Source: an uncultured Verrucomicrobiae bacterium (GTDB taxonomy: Bacteria; Verrucomicrobiota; Verrucomicrobiia; Chthoniobacterales; UBA10450). Taken from it: a stretch of DNA of 64,000 nucleotides. The DNA is taken from positions 32,001-96,000 of the forward strand of contig CAVWPA010000002.1 in assembly GCA_963756875.1 (NCBI GenBank), read 5' to 3'. This document shows, in pieces, positions 25,964 through 36,362 of the stretch; within the stretch, counting starts at the first letter, position 1; every line of letters starts with the position of its first letter. Under the pieces are notes generated by a model. The model was not told where the DNA came from and searched no databases. It saw nothing but the letters and a program-made list of their open reading frames with translations. Both the position numbers and the translations under genes were made by a program.

Positions 25964-27895
25964 TCATTTATAGCTCCGTTGCGTTAAGTGCACGGTTTCA
26001 AAGTGGAGCGGCTCGCGGTGCAGCTTTGGCGGCGCGATCTGCCCGTTGCTTCTTTGAAATTCCCAGGCGAAAACGGATGCGAAATTTTCGTCGTCTCGCA
26101 GCGCTTCCCCCTCCGGTGTTTGATGTTCTTCACGAAAATGCGCGCCGCATGATTCGTCGCGGGCAAGGGCATCCATGCATATCAGTTCGGCGAACTCGAG
26201 AAAATCCGCCACTCGACCGGCGCGTTCGAGCGCTTGATTAAAGTCTTTCTCATCTCCAGGGACGCGCACGTCGCGCCAGAACTTTTCCCGAAGTTGCGGA
26301 ATTGCTTGAAGCGCCTCCTGCAAGCCTTTTGCATTTCGCGCCATTCCGCATTTGTCCCAGAGAAGCGCTCCCAGCTCACGATGGATCGAATCGAGCGAAA
26401 CGTTGCCATTTACCCCAAGAAGCCGGTCGATCTTTGCGCGAACGTCGTTTTCGGCCTTTTGAAATTCCGGATGGTCGACTGCCGGGCGTTTGCCGGCCTG
26501 GCCGGCGAGGTAACTTGGGAGCGTGTAAGGCAAAATAAAATAGCCGTCGGCCAGGCCCTGCATCAGCGCGCTGGCACCAAGCCGGTTGGCGCCGTGATCG
26601 GAGAAATTCGCTTCGCCGATCACGAATAAACCGGGCACGTTGCTCATCAAATTGTAATCAACCCAAAGGCCGCCCATGGTGTAATGAACCGCCGGGTAAA
26701 TTCGCATCGGCACTTTATAGGCGTTCTCGCCGGTGATCTTCTCGTAAACTTCGAACAAATTACCGTAGCGTTCGCGGATCGTCTCCTCGCCGAGGCGTTT
26801 GATGGCATCAGCAAAATCGAGATAAACGCCACGGCCACCGGGCCCGACACCGCGTCCTTCATCGCAAACTTCCTTGGCGGCGCGCGATGAAATGTCGCGC
26901 GGCGAAAGATTTCCAAAGGTCGGATATTTTCGCTCCAGGTAATAATCGCGGTCCTTTTCCGGGATGTCGTTGGGCGGTTTGGCGCAATCTTCCTGGCGCT
27001 TCGGCACCCAGACGCGTCCGTCGTTGCGCAACGACTCGGACATGAGGGTCAGTTTCGATTGATATTCGCCGGAGTGTGGAATGCAGGTGGGATGAATCTG
27101 GGTTAAGCAGGGATCGGCGAAAAGCGCGCCCTTCTTATAGGCGCGGTAGGTTGCGGTGACGTTGCAGCCGCGCGCGTTGGTTGAAAGATAATACACATTA
27201 CCGTAACCGCCGGTCGCGAGCACGACTGCGTCCGCGGTGTGTCGCTCGATTTTTCCAGAGACCAGGTTGCGCGTGATAATTCCTTTGGCGTGTCCGTCGG
27301 CCACGACGAGGTCGAGCATTTCGGTTTGCGGAAACATCCGGACGGTGCCGGCGGAGATTTGCCGGCAGAGCGCCTGATAACAGCCGAGCAAAAGCTGCTG
27401 GCCGGTCTGTCCGCGCGCGTAAAATGTTCGCGACACCTGTGCGCCCCCAAACGAGCGATTGGCCAGCAAACCGCCGTACTCGCGCGCAAACGGCACGCCT
27501 TGCGCGACGCATTGGTCGATGATGTTCAGGCTGACTTCAGCGAGGCGATAAACGTTGGCTTCTCGCGAACGAAAGTCGCCCCCTTTGATTGTGTCGTAAA
27601 ACAGCCGGTAAACGCTATCGCCATCGTTCTGATAATTTTTGGCGGCATTGATTCCGCCCTGTGCGGCAATGGAATGCGCGCGGCGAGGCGAATCCTGGTA
27701 GCAAAAAGATTTCACCTGATAGCCCAGTTCACCGAGTGTCGCGGCCGCAGATCCGCCCGCCAGGCCGGTGCCGACGATGATGATCTCAAATTTTCGGCGG
27801 TTGTTTGGACCAACCAGCCGGGCATGGTCTTTCTGGTTTTTCCACTTTCCGCCGAGCGGTCCGGGCGGAATTCGCGCGTTGAAATCACCGATCAT
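25964..27895 (-). CDS. sdhA: Succinate dehydrogenase/fumarate reductase flavoprotein
   Basis: 'VGTGLAG', '[14 protein letters not shown]', 'QIHPT', 'HYTMGG', 'HGANRLG'. Confidence 0.95.
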   Translation of the reverse strand: MIGDFNARIPPGPLGGKWKNQKDHARLVGPNNRRKFEIIIVGTGLAGGSAAATLGELGYQVKSFCYQDSPRRAHSIAAQGGINAAKNYQNDGDSVYRLFYDTIKGGDFRSREANVYRLAEVSLNIIDQCVAQGVPFAREYGGLLANRSFGGAQVSRTFYARGQTGQQLLLGCYQALCRQISAGTVRMFPQTEMLDLVVADGHAKGIITRNLVSGKIERHTADAVVLATGGYGNVYYLSTNARGCNVTATYRAYKKGALFADPCLTQIHPTCIPHSGEYQSKLTLMSESLRNDGRVWVPKRQEDCAKPPNDIPEKDRDYYLERKYPTFGNLSPRDISSRAAKEVCDEGRGVGPGGRGVYLDFADAIKRLGEETIRERYGNLFEVYEKITGENAYKVPMRIYPAVHYTMGGLWVDYNLMSNVPGLFVIGEANFSDHGANRLGASALMQGLADGYFILPYTLPSYLAGQAGKRPAVDHPEFQKAENDVRAKIDRLLGVNGNVSLDSIHRELGALLWDKCGMARNAKGLQEALQAIPQLREKFWRDVRVPGDEKDFNQALERAGRVADFLEFAELICMDALARDESCGAHFREEHQTPEGEALRDDENFASVFAWEFQRSNGQIAPPKLHREPLHFETVHLTQRSYK

Positions 27896-28587
27896 AGTTT
27901 TTGCGCCGGTTGGATCAGACCAACAAGAATCACCACAGGGATCGACGTGTATCCGATGAAAAGCAGCCAGGCGAAAATGCGAGCGCCAGTCTCCAGGCGT
28001 GGCGTCATTTTCCTGTCGTTCAGTCCCAGCGATTGAAAAAAGCTCGACGCCCCGTGGCTCAAATGCAGCGCGAGCAGAAATAATCCAAGGATATAAAAAC
28101 CGGACACGTAATAATTTTGGAACCCGTAAACCATCATCGAATAAACGTCATAACGACCGAGCGAATCGGGTTTGAGCAGAGCGAAACGCGGGTCGGTTAC
28201 GCGGACGGTGAAATGGGCGAGATGATAAACGATAAATGCGAGGACGATCAGCCCGCTCATGACCATATGACGCGACGCGAACGTGGCCTTTACATTTTCC
28301 TTCTCTACATATGCCGCCGGACGGGCGCGTCGATTCTGGATCGCCAACTGGATGGTGACATAAATGTGGATGACCACCGTGCAAAGCATGAAGGCGCGAA
28401 TCAGCCAGAGAATGGGGCCGAGGTCGTGCAGATGTTGCGAGTAGCCATTGATCCAGGCCGGTCCGAGGTAAATCTGCAGATTGCCTAACAAATGGCCAAT
28501 GACGAACAGGATCAGAATGATGCCGGTAATCGCGACGATCATTTTTTTCCCGATCGAGGAATGATAAAAAGCAAAGATACCGTTCAC
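27892..28587 (-). CDS. sdhC: Succinate dehydrogenase cytochrome b subunit
   Basis: '[13 protein letters not shown]...GHLLGNL'; five TM helices with His ligands; GTG at 28587. Confidence 0.9.
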   Translation of the reverse strand: MNGIFAFYHSSIGKKMIVAITGIILILFVIGHLLGNLQIYLGPAWINGYSQHLHDLGPILWLIRAFMLCTVVIHIYVTIQLAIQNRRARPAAYVEKENVKATFASRHMVMSGLIVLAFIVYHLAHFTVRVTDPRFALLKPDSLGRYDVYSMMVYGFQNYYVSGFYILGLFLLALHLSHGASSFFQSLGLNDRKMTPRLETGARIFAWLLFIGYTSIPVVILVGLIQPAQKL

Positions 28588-28621
28588 AGATTGGGTGCCA
28601 CGTGATGTCGCGACTAATTTG

Positions 28622-28649
28622 AGATTATAAGTGCGGGTTGAGGCGTCAA
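28622..28649 (-). promoter_or_regulatory. Putative sigma70 promoter of sdhCAB
   Basis: Minus strand TTGACG-N16-TAATCT, overlapping TATAAT. Confidence 0.5.
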
Positions 28650-28772
28650 GCTCCCGTAGTCGCCCCAGCCAACCAGTGTTTGCCCGCGAATCACGCGAAT
28701 TACACGAATAAGTGAAGCATCTGGCAGGAGAGACAATTGGCGTCAATTCGCGGGTTTCGCGGGCCTTTTCTC

Positions 28773-29339
28773 TTATCTGCTGCCCGGTTTGACGACGGGA
28801 ATCTTTTCAAGGTCAGGCGGTAATTTATCTGCCGCAAATGTTTCCACATCCATCTCAACCAGACTGACGAACGGGCACCCAAAATTCGGTTTTGTCTTGC
28901 CGCTCCGATCCACGATCACACTGGCTGCTGCCACAATTCCTCCACGACTGCGTACGATATCGATTGTTTCCTGGACGCGGCCGCCGCGTGTTACGACATC
29001 TTCGACAACGACGAATTTTTCGCCGTTGCCGATCTGAAACCCGCGTCTGAGGACAAGTTTGCCCTCTTCTTTTTCGGCAAAGATGTGACGTTTGCCCAGA
29101 GAACGCGCCACTTCCTGGCCGACAACGATCCCGCCAAGGGCAGGGGAGATGACGGCGTCGCAATCAAAGCCGCGCAGTTTATCAGCGAGCATGTTGCAAA
29201 CGCGCGATGCGATGTCGGTGTACTGAAGAAGGAGCGCACATTGAAAATATTGGCGGCTGTGGAGACCGGAGCGCAAAACGAAATGGCCGTCGAGCAACGC
29301 TCCGGTCTCGCGGAACAAGGCGGGTAGATCTTCGCTCAT
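28773..29339 (-). CDS. pyrE: Orotate phosphoribosyltransferase
   Basis: 'GHFVLRSGLHS', 'SPALGG', PRPP motif 'VVVEDVVTRGG'; ATG at 29339. Confidence 0.95.
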   Translation of the reverse strand: MSEDLPALFRETGALLDGHFVLRSGLHSRQYFQCALLLQYTDIASRVCNMLADKLRGFDCDAVISPALGGIVVGQEVARSLGKRHIFAEKEEGKLVLRRGFQIGNGEKFVVVEDVVTRGGRVQETIDIVRSRGGIVAAASVIVDRSGKTKPNFGCPFVSLVEMDVETFAADKLPPDLEKIPVVKPGSR

Positions 29340-29341
29340 CC

Positions 29342-29487
29342 GGGGAGCGCACGCGCCCCCGCGTGCTGGCGATGGCGCCTCCGCCATCGCGAACTTTTTT
29401 GGATTGTGCACGTTAGTAAGTATGAAGATGCTCCGGGCGTTCCGGCGATGGCGCCGAAACGTGCACGCGAGGCGCGTGCGCTCCCCA
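29342..29487. repeat. GGAG-type REP doublet directly upstream of pyrE
   Basis: GGGGAGCGCACGCGCC ... GGCGCGTGCGCTCCCC. Confidence 0.85.
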
Positions 29488-29519
29488 GAAGCAGAAATCG
29501 CGTGCGAGCCATGACAATT

Positions 29520-29942
29520 TTAACCCGACGTGTCGTAAGCCGTCTGTCCGCCCGGCCCGCCATCATCAGCGACGGCGATTGCGTCGATCTCGATGCGCGC
29601 TCCTTTTGGCAAACCGGCAACCTGCACGGTCGAGCGCGCGGGCGGCGCTTGTTTGAAATAAGAAGCGTAGGCCTTGTTCATAGTTTCAAAATCGGCGAGG
29701 TCAGCCAGGAAAACCGTGGTCTTGACGATATGCTCAAATGTCAGGCCCTCCGCGCTCAAGACCGCCGTGATGTTGTCGAGAACACGCCGGGTTTGCGCGG
29801 AAATGTCCCCGGAAACGATTTTGCCGGTTTTTGGGTCGAGAGGAATTTGCCCCGCGCAGTAGATGGTCGATCCCGCGCGGACGGCTTGCGAGTATGGTCC
29901 AAGGGCGCCGGGCGCGTCGGTCGTGGAAATAATTTTCTTCAT
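29520..29942 (-). CDS. RidA family enamine/imine deaminase
   Basis: 'APGALGPYSQAV', 'GQIPLDP', 'PARSTVQVAGLPKGARIEID'. Confidence 0.9.
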   Translation of the reverse strand: MKKIISTTDAPGALGPYSQAVRAGSTIYCAGQIPLDPKTGKIVSGDISAQTRRVLDNITAVLSAEGLTFEHIVKTTVFLADLADFETMNKAYASYFKQAPPARSTVQVAGLPKGARIEIDAIAVADDGGPGGQTAYDTSG

Positions 29943-30110
29943 CCGGCGATACTAGCAGTTGGTTGCATTTTTCCAATAGTTGGCGATATCTCCCATTCTT
30001 CGTCCGGTCGGCAGCCATCAAGCTGTGGCGCGGAAGCGGCTCTGCTCGACCCGACAAAGGGGGAGAGGCCGAATGACAAATGACCGAATCTCGGCGATAT
30101 TAAGAACGAA

Positions 30111-33108
30111 ATGGTTGGCTGGATTTTAAAGAAAATTCTCGGGTCGAAGAACCAGCGAGAGCTGAAGCGGCTCATGCCCATCGTGCGCCAAATCAACGAG
30201 TTGGACGAGCAGTTGAAGAGCTTGTCCGACGATGCCCTGCGCGCGAAAACGGTTACATGGAAGGAAGAATTCGCGAAAATCCCCGATAGCGAAGGTCAAT
30301 GGAAGCGGATGGAAGAAACTCTGCCGGAAGCGTTCGCGGTGGTAAAAAGCGCGGCCCGGCGCTTGAAAGAGCGGAAGCACAGTTTCACCGCGTGCGATCA
30401 GCCGATGACCTGGGACATGGTGCATTTCGATGTGCAATTGCTGGGCGGGGTTGTTTTGCATCGCGGACGGATCGCGGAGATGGCGACGGGCGAAGGCAAG
30501 ACCCTTGTCGCGACTTTGCCGCTGTACCTCAACGCACTCACCGGTCGCGGTGCGCATCTGGTTACGGTGAACGATTATCTGGCGCGACGCGACGCCGAGT
30601 GGATGGGCCAGCTCTACAATTTTCTCGGGCTGACGGTCGGCTGTATTCAGCACGATCAGGAACCGAGCGTGCGTCGTGAACAGTATGCATGCGACATCAC
30701 TTACGGCACGAACAGCGAATTCGGCTTCGATTACCTGCGCGACAACGGCATGGCCACGACGCGCGACCAACAGGTGCAGCGCGGCTATCATTACGCGATT
30801 GTCGATGAAGTCGATTCCATCCTGATCGACGAAGCGCGCACTCCGCTCATCATCAGCGGTCCGGCCACGATCTCTACCCATCAGTACCGACAAGTGGAAA
30901 CCGCTCATCGAGCAGCTCGTTCGCAAGCAGAACATGCTTTGCAATCGGCTGGCCAGCGAGGCACTGGAGAAATTTGAGCAGCAGGATTTCGAGATAGGCG
31001 GGCGGCTCATGTTCAAGGTGAAGCTTGGTCAACCTCGCAACAAGCAGCTGCTGCGAATGATGGAAGATCCGGACAAGCGCCGGGCCATCGATAAAGCCGA
31101 GCTCTCGTTTTATGCGGACAGTCGCAAAGAGGAACTGTTCGCGCTAAAAGAGGAACTCTTCTTCACCATCGACGAAAAATCGAACGAGTCCGATCTTTCC
31201 GAGCAGGGCCGCGTTTTTCTGAATCCGGACGACCCGAACGCGTTCGTTCTTCCCGACTTGATCAACGAATTCACGGAGATCGATCTCGACCAATCGCTGT
31301 CGGACGAAGAGAGGGACCGCAGGAAAACGGAGCGGCAGGAGCATTGCGACCAGCAGGCCGAGCGCATCCATAACATTTCGCAGTTACTGCGCGCTTACTG
31401 TTTGTTCGAGAAGGACGTGCAGTACGTCGTCGAGGACAACAAGGTTATGATCGTCGACGAATTCACCGGCCGCAAAATGCCGGGGCGGCGTTGGAGCGAC
31501 GGTTTGCATCAGGCGGTCGAGGCAAAGGAGGGGGTTCAGATCGATCGCGAGACGCAAACGCTGGCCACGATTACGATTCAGAATTATTTCCGGCTTTATG
31601 AAAAACTTTCTGGCATGACCGGCACGGCCGAGACCGAAGCGGCCGAGTTTCACGATATTTACAAGCTCGACGTGAACGTCGTGCCGACGAACCGGCCGGT
31701 GCAGAGGAAAGATTCCAACGATCGCATCTACAAAACGCGGCGTGAGAAATACAACGCCGTGATCAACGAGATCAGAGACAATCACGCCAAACAGCAGCCG
31801 GTGCTGGTCGGCACGGTTAGCGTGGAAGCGTCGGAGTTACTGAGCCGCATGCTCAAGCGCGAAAAAATTCCGCACAACGTGTTGAACGCGAAATATCACG
31901 CGCAGGAGGCGGAGATTGTGGCACGCGCCGGCCAACCGGGAACGGTCACGATTTCAACCAACATGGCCGGCCGTGGCACCGACATTAAACTTGGCTCTGG
32001 CGTACCGGATCTTGGCGGATTGAAGGTCATCGGCACGGAGCGACACGAGTCCCGCCGCATCGACCGCCAGCTGCGTGGGCGTTGCGCGCGCCAGGGCGAT
32101 CCGGGCGCTTCGCGTTTTTACGTCAGCTTCGAAGACGACCTGATGCGCAATTTCGGTGCGGCCGATCGGATGACGCGAATCATGGAGCGTTTTGGTCTGG
32201 AAGAAGGCCAGGAACTCGAGCACCGCTGGCTGAACAAATCGGTGGAAACGGCGCAGAAACGTGTCGAGCAGCGCAATTACCTCATCCGCAAGCGCACGCT
32301 CGACATGGACGACGTCATGAACATGCAGCGCGAAGTGGTTTACACGTATCGCAACGAAGTGATCGATGCGGAAGAGCCGCGCACCCTGATTTACGAGGTC
32401 ATCGACGAAGCCGTTCCGGCAAAAGTGAAGGAGTATCTCGAAATCGGGGAGCCAAACTACGCCGGCCTCATGCATTGGGTAAATACGACATTCCCCCTCG
32501 GATTGACGAACGAGAAGGCGCAATTCGAGACGCGCACGGTGGATGAAAATGCGAAATTCCTGATCGGCAAAATCAAGGAGGCTTACGAGCGTAAATCGAG
32601 TCACGAGGAACCAACCGCGGTCAAGGGTCTTGAGCGCTACATTATTCTGAATGCAATCGACCGGCTTTGGCAGGAGCATCTCTACGCGATGGATGCGCTG
32701 CGCGAAGGCGTTTATCTCCGGGCCTATGCGCAAAAGGATCCGCTCGTCGAATACAAGGCCGAGGCTTACGACATCTTTGTCGAGCTGATGGCGAACATTA
32801 AGAACGAAGTGCTGCACAATCTTTTCCGGAGCACGTCGAACCTTCAGGCATTCGAAAATTTCCTGGCCAGCCTTCCTCAATTTCTGCTCCGCGAGCAGGC
32901 GCCACCCGCTTCAAATATCTCGGGCCGTACACGCCAGCCACAGCCGGTCGGTGCGATGGCCGCGGTGGGCGAAAACGGCGGCGATGGAGACGGCGAATTG
33001 ACTGTCGATCTCCCCGTTCGCCGCGCTCTGCCAAAAGTCGGTCGAAACGAGCCGTGCCCGTGCGGCAGTGGAAAGAAATACAAAAACTGCTGCGGCAGAA
33101 TGGCGTAG
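30111..33108 (+). CDS. secA: Preprotein translocase SecA (one extra base at ~30888 splits the ORF)
   Basis: 'MATGEGKT', '[19 protein letters not shown]', '[10 protein letters not shown]', C-terminal SEC-C '[19 protein letters not shown]'. Deleting C30888 joins the two ORFs (HQY-DKWKP). Confidence 0.95.
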
Positions 33109-33176
33109 AGCGTATCACATCGCTGCCACTTGAAGTACAATCGCTGATGGGAACGCTGTCGAGTTGATGGGCCACG

Positions 33177-33281
33177 CTGGGGAGCGCAGGCTGCCAGCCT
33201 GCATTCGTCGGCAAGCTTGCCGACGAAAATTGTGTTCGGTAGGCTGCCGAACACCGCAGGCAAGCAGCCTGCGCTCCCCAG
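33177..33281. repeat. GGAG-type REP doublet (subfamily shared with 39695-39801)
   Basis: CTGGGGAGCGCAGGCTG ... CAGCCTGCGCTCCCCAG. Confidence 0.85.
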
Positions 33282-33368
33282 AGTTCACACATGCCTGCAT
33301 TTCTTAGCGGGCAAATGATTCACGGCTCGACTTTGAGTCAGCGGCGATTCTCATTAGAACGATAAACC

Positions 33369-34283
33369 ATGAAAACGCGTAAGATCGGGTCGCTGGAGGT
33401 CTCTGTTGTCGGACTGGGTTGCAATAACTTTGGCTGGCGCATCGATGCGGACGCAACCGCGAAGGTGGTCGATGCGGCGCTGGACGCCGGAATCAACTTC
33501 TTCGATACAGCAGACATTTACGGCAAAGGCCAAAGTGAAGAATTCCTGGGCCGGGCGCTCGGCAAGCGACGCGACCAGATCGTGATCGCGACCAAGTTCG
33601 GGATGGAGATGGAGAACCAGGGCAAAGGCGCGAAACCCGACTATGTCCTAAAAGCGGTGGAGGCGAGCCTGCAACGACTCGGCACGGATCGAATCGACTT
33701 GTATCAACTGCATCGGCCCGATCTAACAACGCCAATCGCCGATACCCTGGGCGTGCTCGACGAACTTGTTAAGCAGGGAAAAGTGCGCGAGATAGGCTGC
33801 TCCAATTTTACGGTCGAACAGATTCGCGAAGCGGCCGAGGCCGCGGCAAGCCGCACACAATTTGTCAGCGTGCAGAATGAATTTAACCTGATCCATCGTG
33901 AGCCGGAGAAAGATGTGTTGCCGGAATGCGAACGGCGGGGCCTTGCGTTCCTCCCATACTTCCCACTCGCGAGCGGACTGCTTACCGGCAAATACCGCCT
34001 CGGTCAGGAGCAGCCCCAAGGAAGCCGCGCCCGCGACAATTGGGGGCCGAAGATTTTCACCGACGAAAACCTGAAGCTGGTCGAAAAGCTGATCAGATTT
34101 GCGGAATCACGCAACCACACACTGCTCGATCTCGCATTCGCCTGGCTGCTGGCAAACCGGCCGGTTGCTTCCGTGATCGCCGGTGCGAGCAAACCGAGGC
34201 AGGTGGAGGCAAACGCCGCCGCCGTCGGCTGGGACCTGAGTGCCGATGATGTTGCGGGAATCGAGAAACTTCTCACCACATAG
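33369..34283 (+). CDS. Aldo/keto reductase
   Basis: 'GLGCNNFG', 'FFDTADIYG', 'IATKFG', 'SLQRLGTDRIDLYQLH', 'YFPLASGLLTGKY'. Confidence 0.95.
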   Translation: MKTRKIGSLEVSVVGLGCNNFGWRIDADATAKVVDAALDAGINFFDTADIYGKGQSEEFLGRALGKRRDQIVIATKFGMEMENQGKGAKPDYVLKAVEASLQRLGTDRIDLYQLHRPDLTTPIADTLGVLDELVKQGKVREIGCSNFTVEQIREAAEAAASRTQFVSVQNEFNLIHREPEKDVLPECERRGLAFLPYFPLASGLLTGKYRLGQEQPQGSRARDNWGPKIFTDENLKLVEKLIRFAESRNHTLLDLAFAWLLANRPVASVIAGASKPRQVEANAAAVGWDLSADDVAGIEKLLTT

Positions 34284-34314
34284 CGAGCTTCGGAGGCCGG
34301 CGCGAATCGCCAGC

Positions 34315-34704
34315 CTAACGAGAGTCACTGACTGCGTAAGTTGTTATTTCGAGTTCGATCTCGTTTGGGTCACGAAAGTAAATTGAGTGCGAAATCTCGT
34401 GGTCTTGGAATTCGAACCTGATGCCGCGACGTTTTAATTCTTCTTGGGCGGCGAGAAAATTTTTGCGGTCTGCGCGGAAAGCCAGATGCAACATGCTCCT
34501 TTTCGCAGCACGCGCCCCCGATCCGGAATCGTCACGGACGGGAAAAAGCGCAATTGCCGTGGAACCCTTTCCGATAAAGCAGGGGACGCCATTCCACATC
34601 CCCTCGTAAAGCCGTTCAAATCCCAAAACTTCGACGTACCAATCGGCGGATTGCTCGACGTCGCGCACGGCCAGCGCTACGTGGTCGATGCCTTCGAGCT
34701 GCAT
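34315..34704 (-). CDS. VOC/glyoxalase family protein
   Basis: 'IDHVALAVRDVEQSADWYVEVLGF', 'HLAF', 'IYFRDPNEIELE'. Confidence 0.85.
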   Translation of the reverse strand: MQLEGIDHVALAVRDVEQSADWYVEVLGFERLYEGMWNGVPCFIGKGSTAIALFPVRDDSGSGARAAKRSMLHLAFRADRKNFLAAQEELKRRGIRFEFQDHEISHSIYFRDPNEIELEITTYAVSDSR

Positions 34705-34718
34705 GCGCAGCGGCGGAT

Positions 34719-35567
34719 TCAGCCTGCCGCGGGCACGGGTTCGACGACCCATGCAACGGCGTGGGCCTGCACCGGACGATCGAAGCCTTTCAACTCAACT
34801 TTCCCTACATCCTGAAATGAGAAACCCTTCCCCAGACAAAGCTCGGCAATGGCGTTCGAGACCAGGATTTGCTCGGGTGACGCATGGGAACAGAGGCGGG
34901 CAGCCAGTTGGACTGTGCAACCAAAAAGATCGTCATGCTGCTCGACCGGCTCGCCGGCCGCGGCTCCAATTCGAATTTTAACCGGGCGTTTGACTTGATT
35001 TTTCTCATGCTTCGCCAGTTCGGACTGAATTTGAATGGCGCACTTAACTGCCGCCGCCGCGGACACAAACGAAGCCATGATGCCGTCGCCAGTGTGTTTG
35101 ATTTCGCGCCCACCCAACGCTGCCAAAGCATCTCTGACAATACTGTTGTGCAGATCGAGCATCGCCATGGCCGCCTCATCGCCCAGGATTTGCGTCAATG
35201 AGGTCGAGTCGACGATGTCAGTAAAGAGAATCGTTCGAATCCCTGGATCGCGCTCATGAGCGCCAGGAAGTAAGACTGCGCCGGCTCCATTGGTTTCGGC
35301 GCTGCCGAGCAATCCCTCGGCGACATCGGGCTGTATCTCAATGATTTTCTCGGCAACCATGCCATGGGCTTCCCGGTGCACGCAGCAGGCTGCCTCGGCA
35401 TTTGGCGCGTGGATCAGGCAGAACACTTTACCAGCGCTTTCATTGACCCAGTACTTGCGATATTCGACGCCATACTTCTTCTGAGTTTCCATATCTTTCG
35501 CGTGCGCCTTGGCGACATCCTCCGCCGTGACGCCGTGCAACTCATGAATGTCCATGTATAGCGGCAT
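34719..35567 (-). CDS. DUF4242 (SCO4226-like nickel-binding) domain fused to a class III adenylate/guanylate cyclase
   Basis: N-terminal 'YMDIH...AKAH...YW...FCL..AP...VHREAHG'; cyclase motifs 'ILFTDIVDST', 'KHTGDGIMA', 'DLFGCTVQLAARL', 'LKG'. Confidence 0.85.
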   Translation of the reverse strand: MPLYMDIHELHGVTAEDVAKAHAKDMETQKKYGVEYRKYWVNESAGKVFCLIHAPNAEAACCVHREAHGMVAEKIIEIQPDVAEGLLGSAETNGAGAVLLPGAHERDPGIRTILFTDIVDSTSLTQILGDEAAMAMLDLHNSIVRDALAALGGREIKHTGDGIMASFVSAAAAVKCAIQIQSELAKHEKNQVKRPVKIRIGAAAGEPVEQHDDLFGCTVQLAARLCSHASPEQILVSNAIAELCLGKGFSFQDVGKVELKGFDRPVQAHAVAWVVEPVPAAG

Positions 35568-35607
35568 ATTGACTCCTGAAAATTAACGCATGGTGACGGA
35601 CAACAAA

Positions 35608-36120
35608 CTACCGCGATGCCACGCGCCGGGCAATGTCGATCTTGGCCGGCCGGCTTAACGTCTGGAAAACGACGCAATATCGTTCCGTCAGTCGAAGCAA
35701 CATGGCGATCTGCTCTTCAGTGGCGTCGGTGTCCAGGTCGAAGTGCAATCGGATCTGCTGAAAACCGACCGGCGCATCCTTCGAAACCCCGAGTGTGCCG
35801 CGGAAGTCGAGCTCGCCCTCAGCCCGAACCGTCGCGTTCCGCAGCTGGATACCCAGAGCCGTAGCCACCGCTCGCATCGTGACGCCCGCGCATCCGACCA
35901 GCGCCTCTAACAGCATTTCCGCCGAACACGCGCTGAGTCCATCGCCGCCTGTCGCCGGATGCAGCCCCACCTGCACGGGTGTTTTTCCAGTCTCTATTGT
36001 GCACGTGATGCCCTCACCGATTCGACCCTCGGCGCGAAACATGATTAAGGCCGTTTCCGGATGCTTTCGATATCGATCCTTGATCGGCGTTTGCAATGCT
36101 CTCAACTCATCGGCAGTCAT
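35608..36120 (-). CDS. OsmC family protein
   Basis: 'LHPATGG', 'LEALVGCAGVT', 'LDFRGTLG', 'TERYCVVFQTL'. Confidence 0.85.
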   Translation of the reverse strand: MTADELRALQTPIKDRYRKHPETALIMFRAEGRIGEGITCTIETGKTPVQVGLHPATGGDGLSACSAEMLLEALVGCAGVTMRAVATALGIQLRNATVRAEGELDFRGTLGVSKDAPVGFQQIRLHFDLDTDATEEQIAMLLRLTERYCVVFQTLSRPAKIDIARRVASR

Positions 36121-36362
36121 TTCGTTGTAATCCTCGTGGTAGTTTGTCGCTATGGAACGGAAGTCCTTGTCTTCCGGACCTGTCACTCTTCCGCGCTAAT
36201 TCGCCCTGAGTTCCTTGATGGCGTTTTCATCGGCCATATTAGAAACACTGATAAAGATCAGCCCTATTTCAATGTTTTATCTCCGGTTTCTAACAGACGT
36301 CGTTTTGGATTGTTAGGCGTCTTGGTCAAGACTACGATCCGGCGACGTCGAAAATTGAGACC

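Noticed and set aside
30880..30977. Programmed frameshift in secA
   Set aside because: No slippery heptamer at the site, and similar single-base insertions are scattered across unrelated genes.
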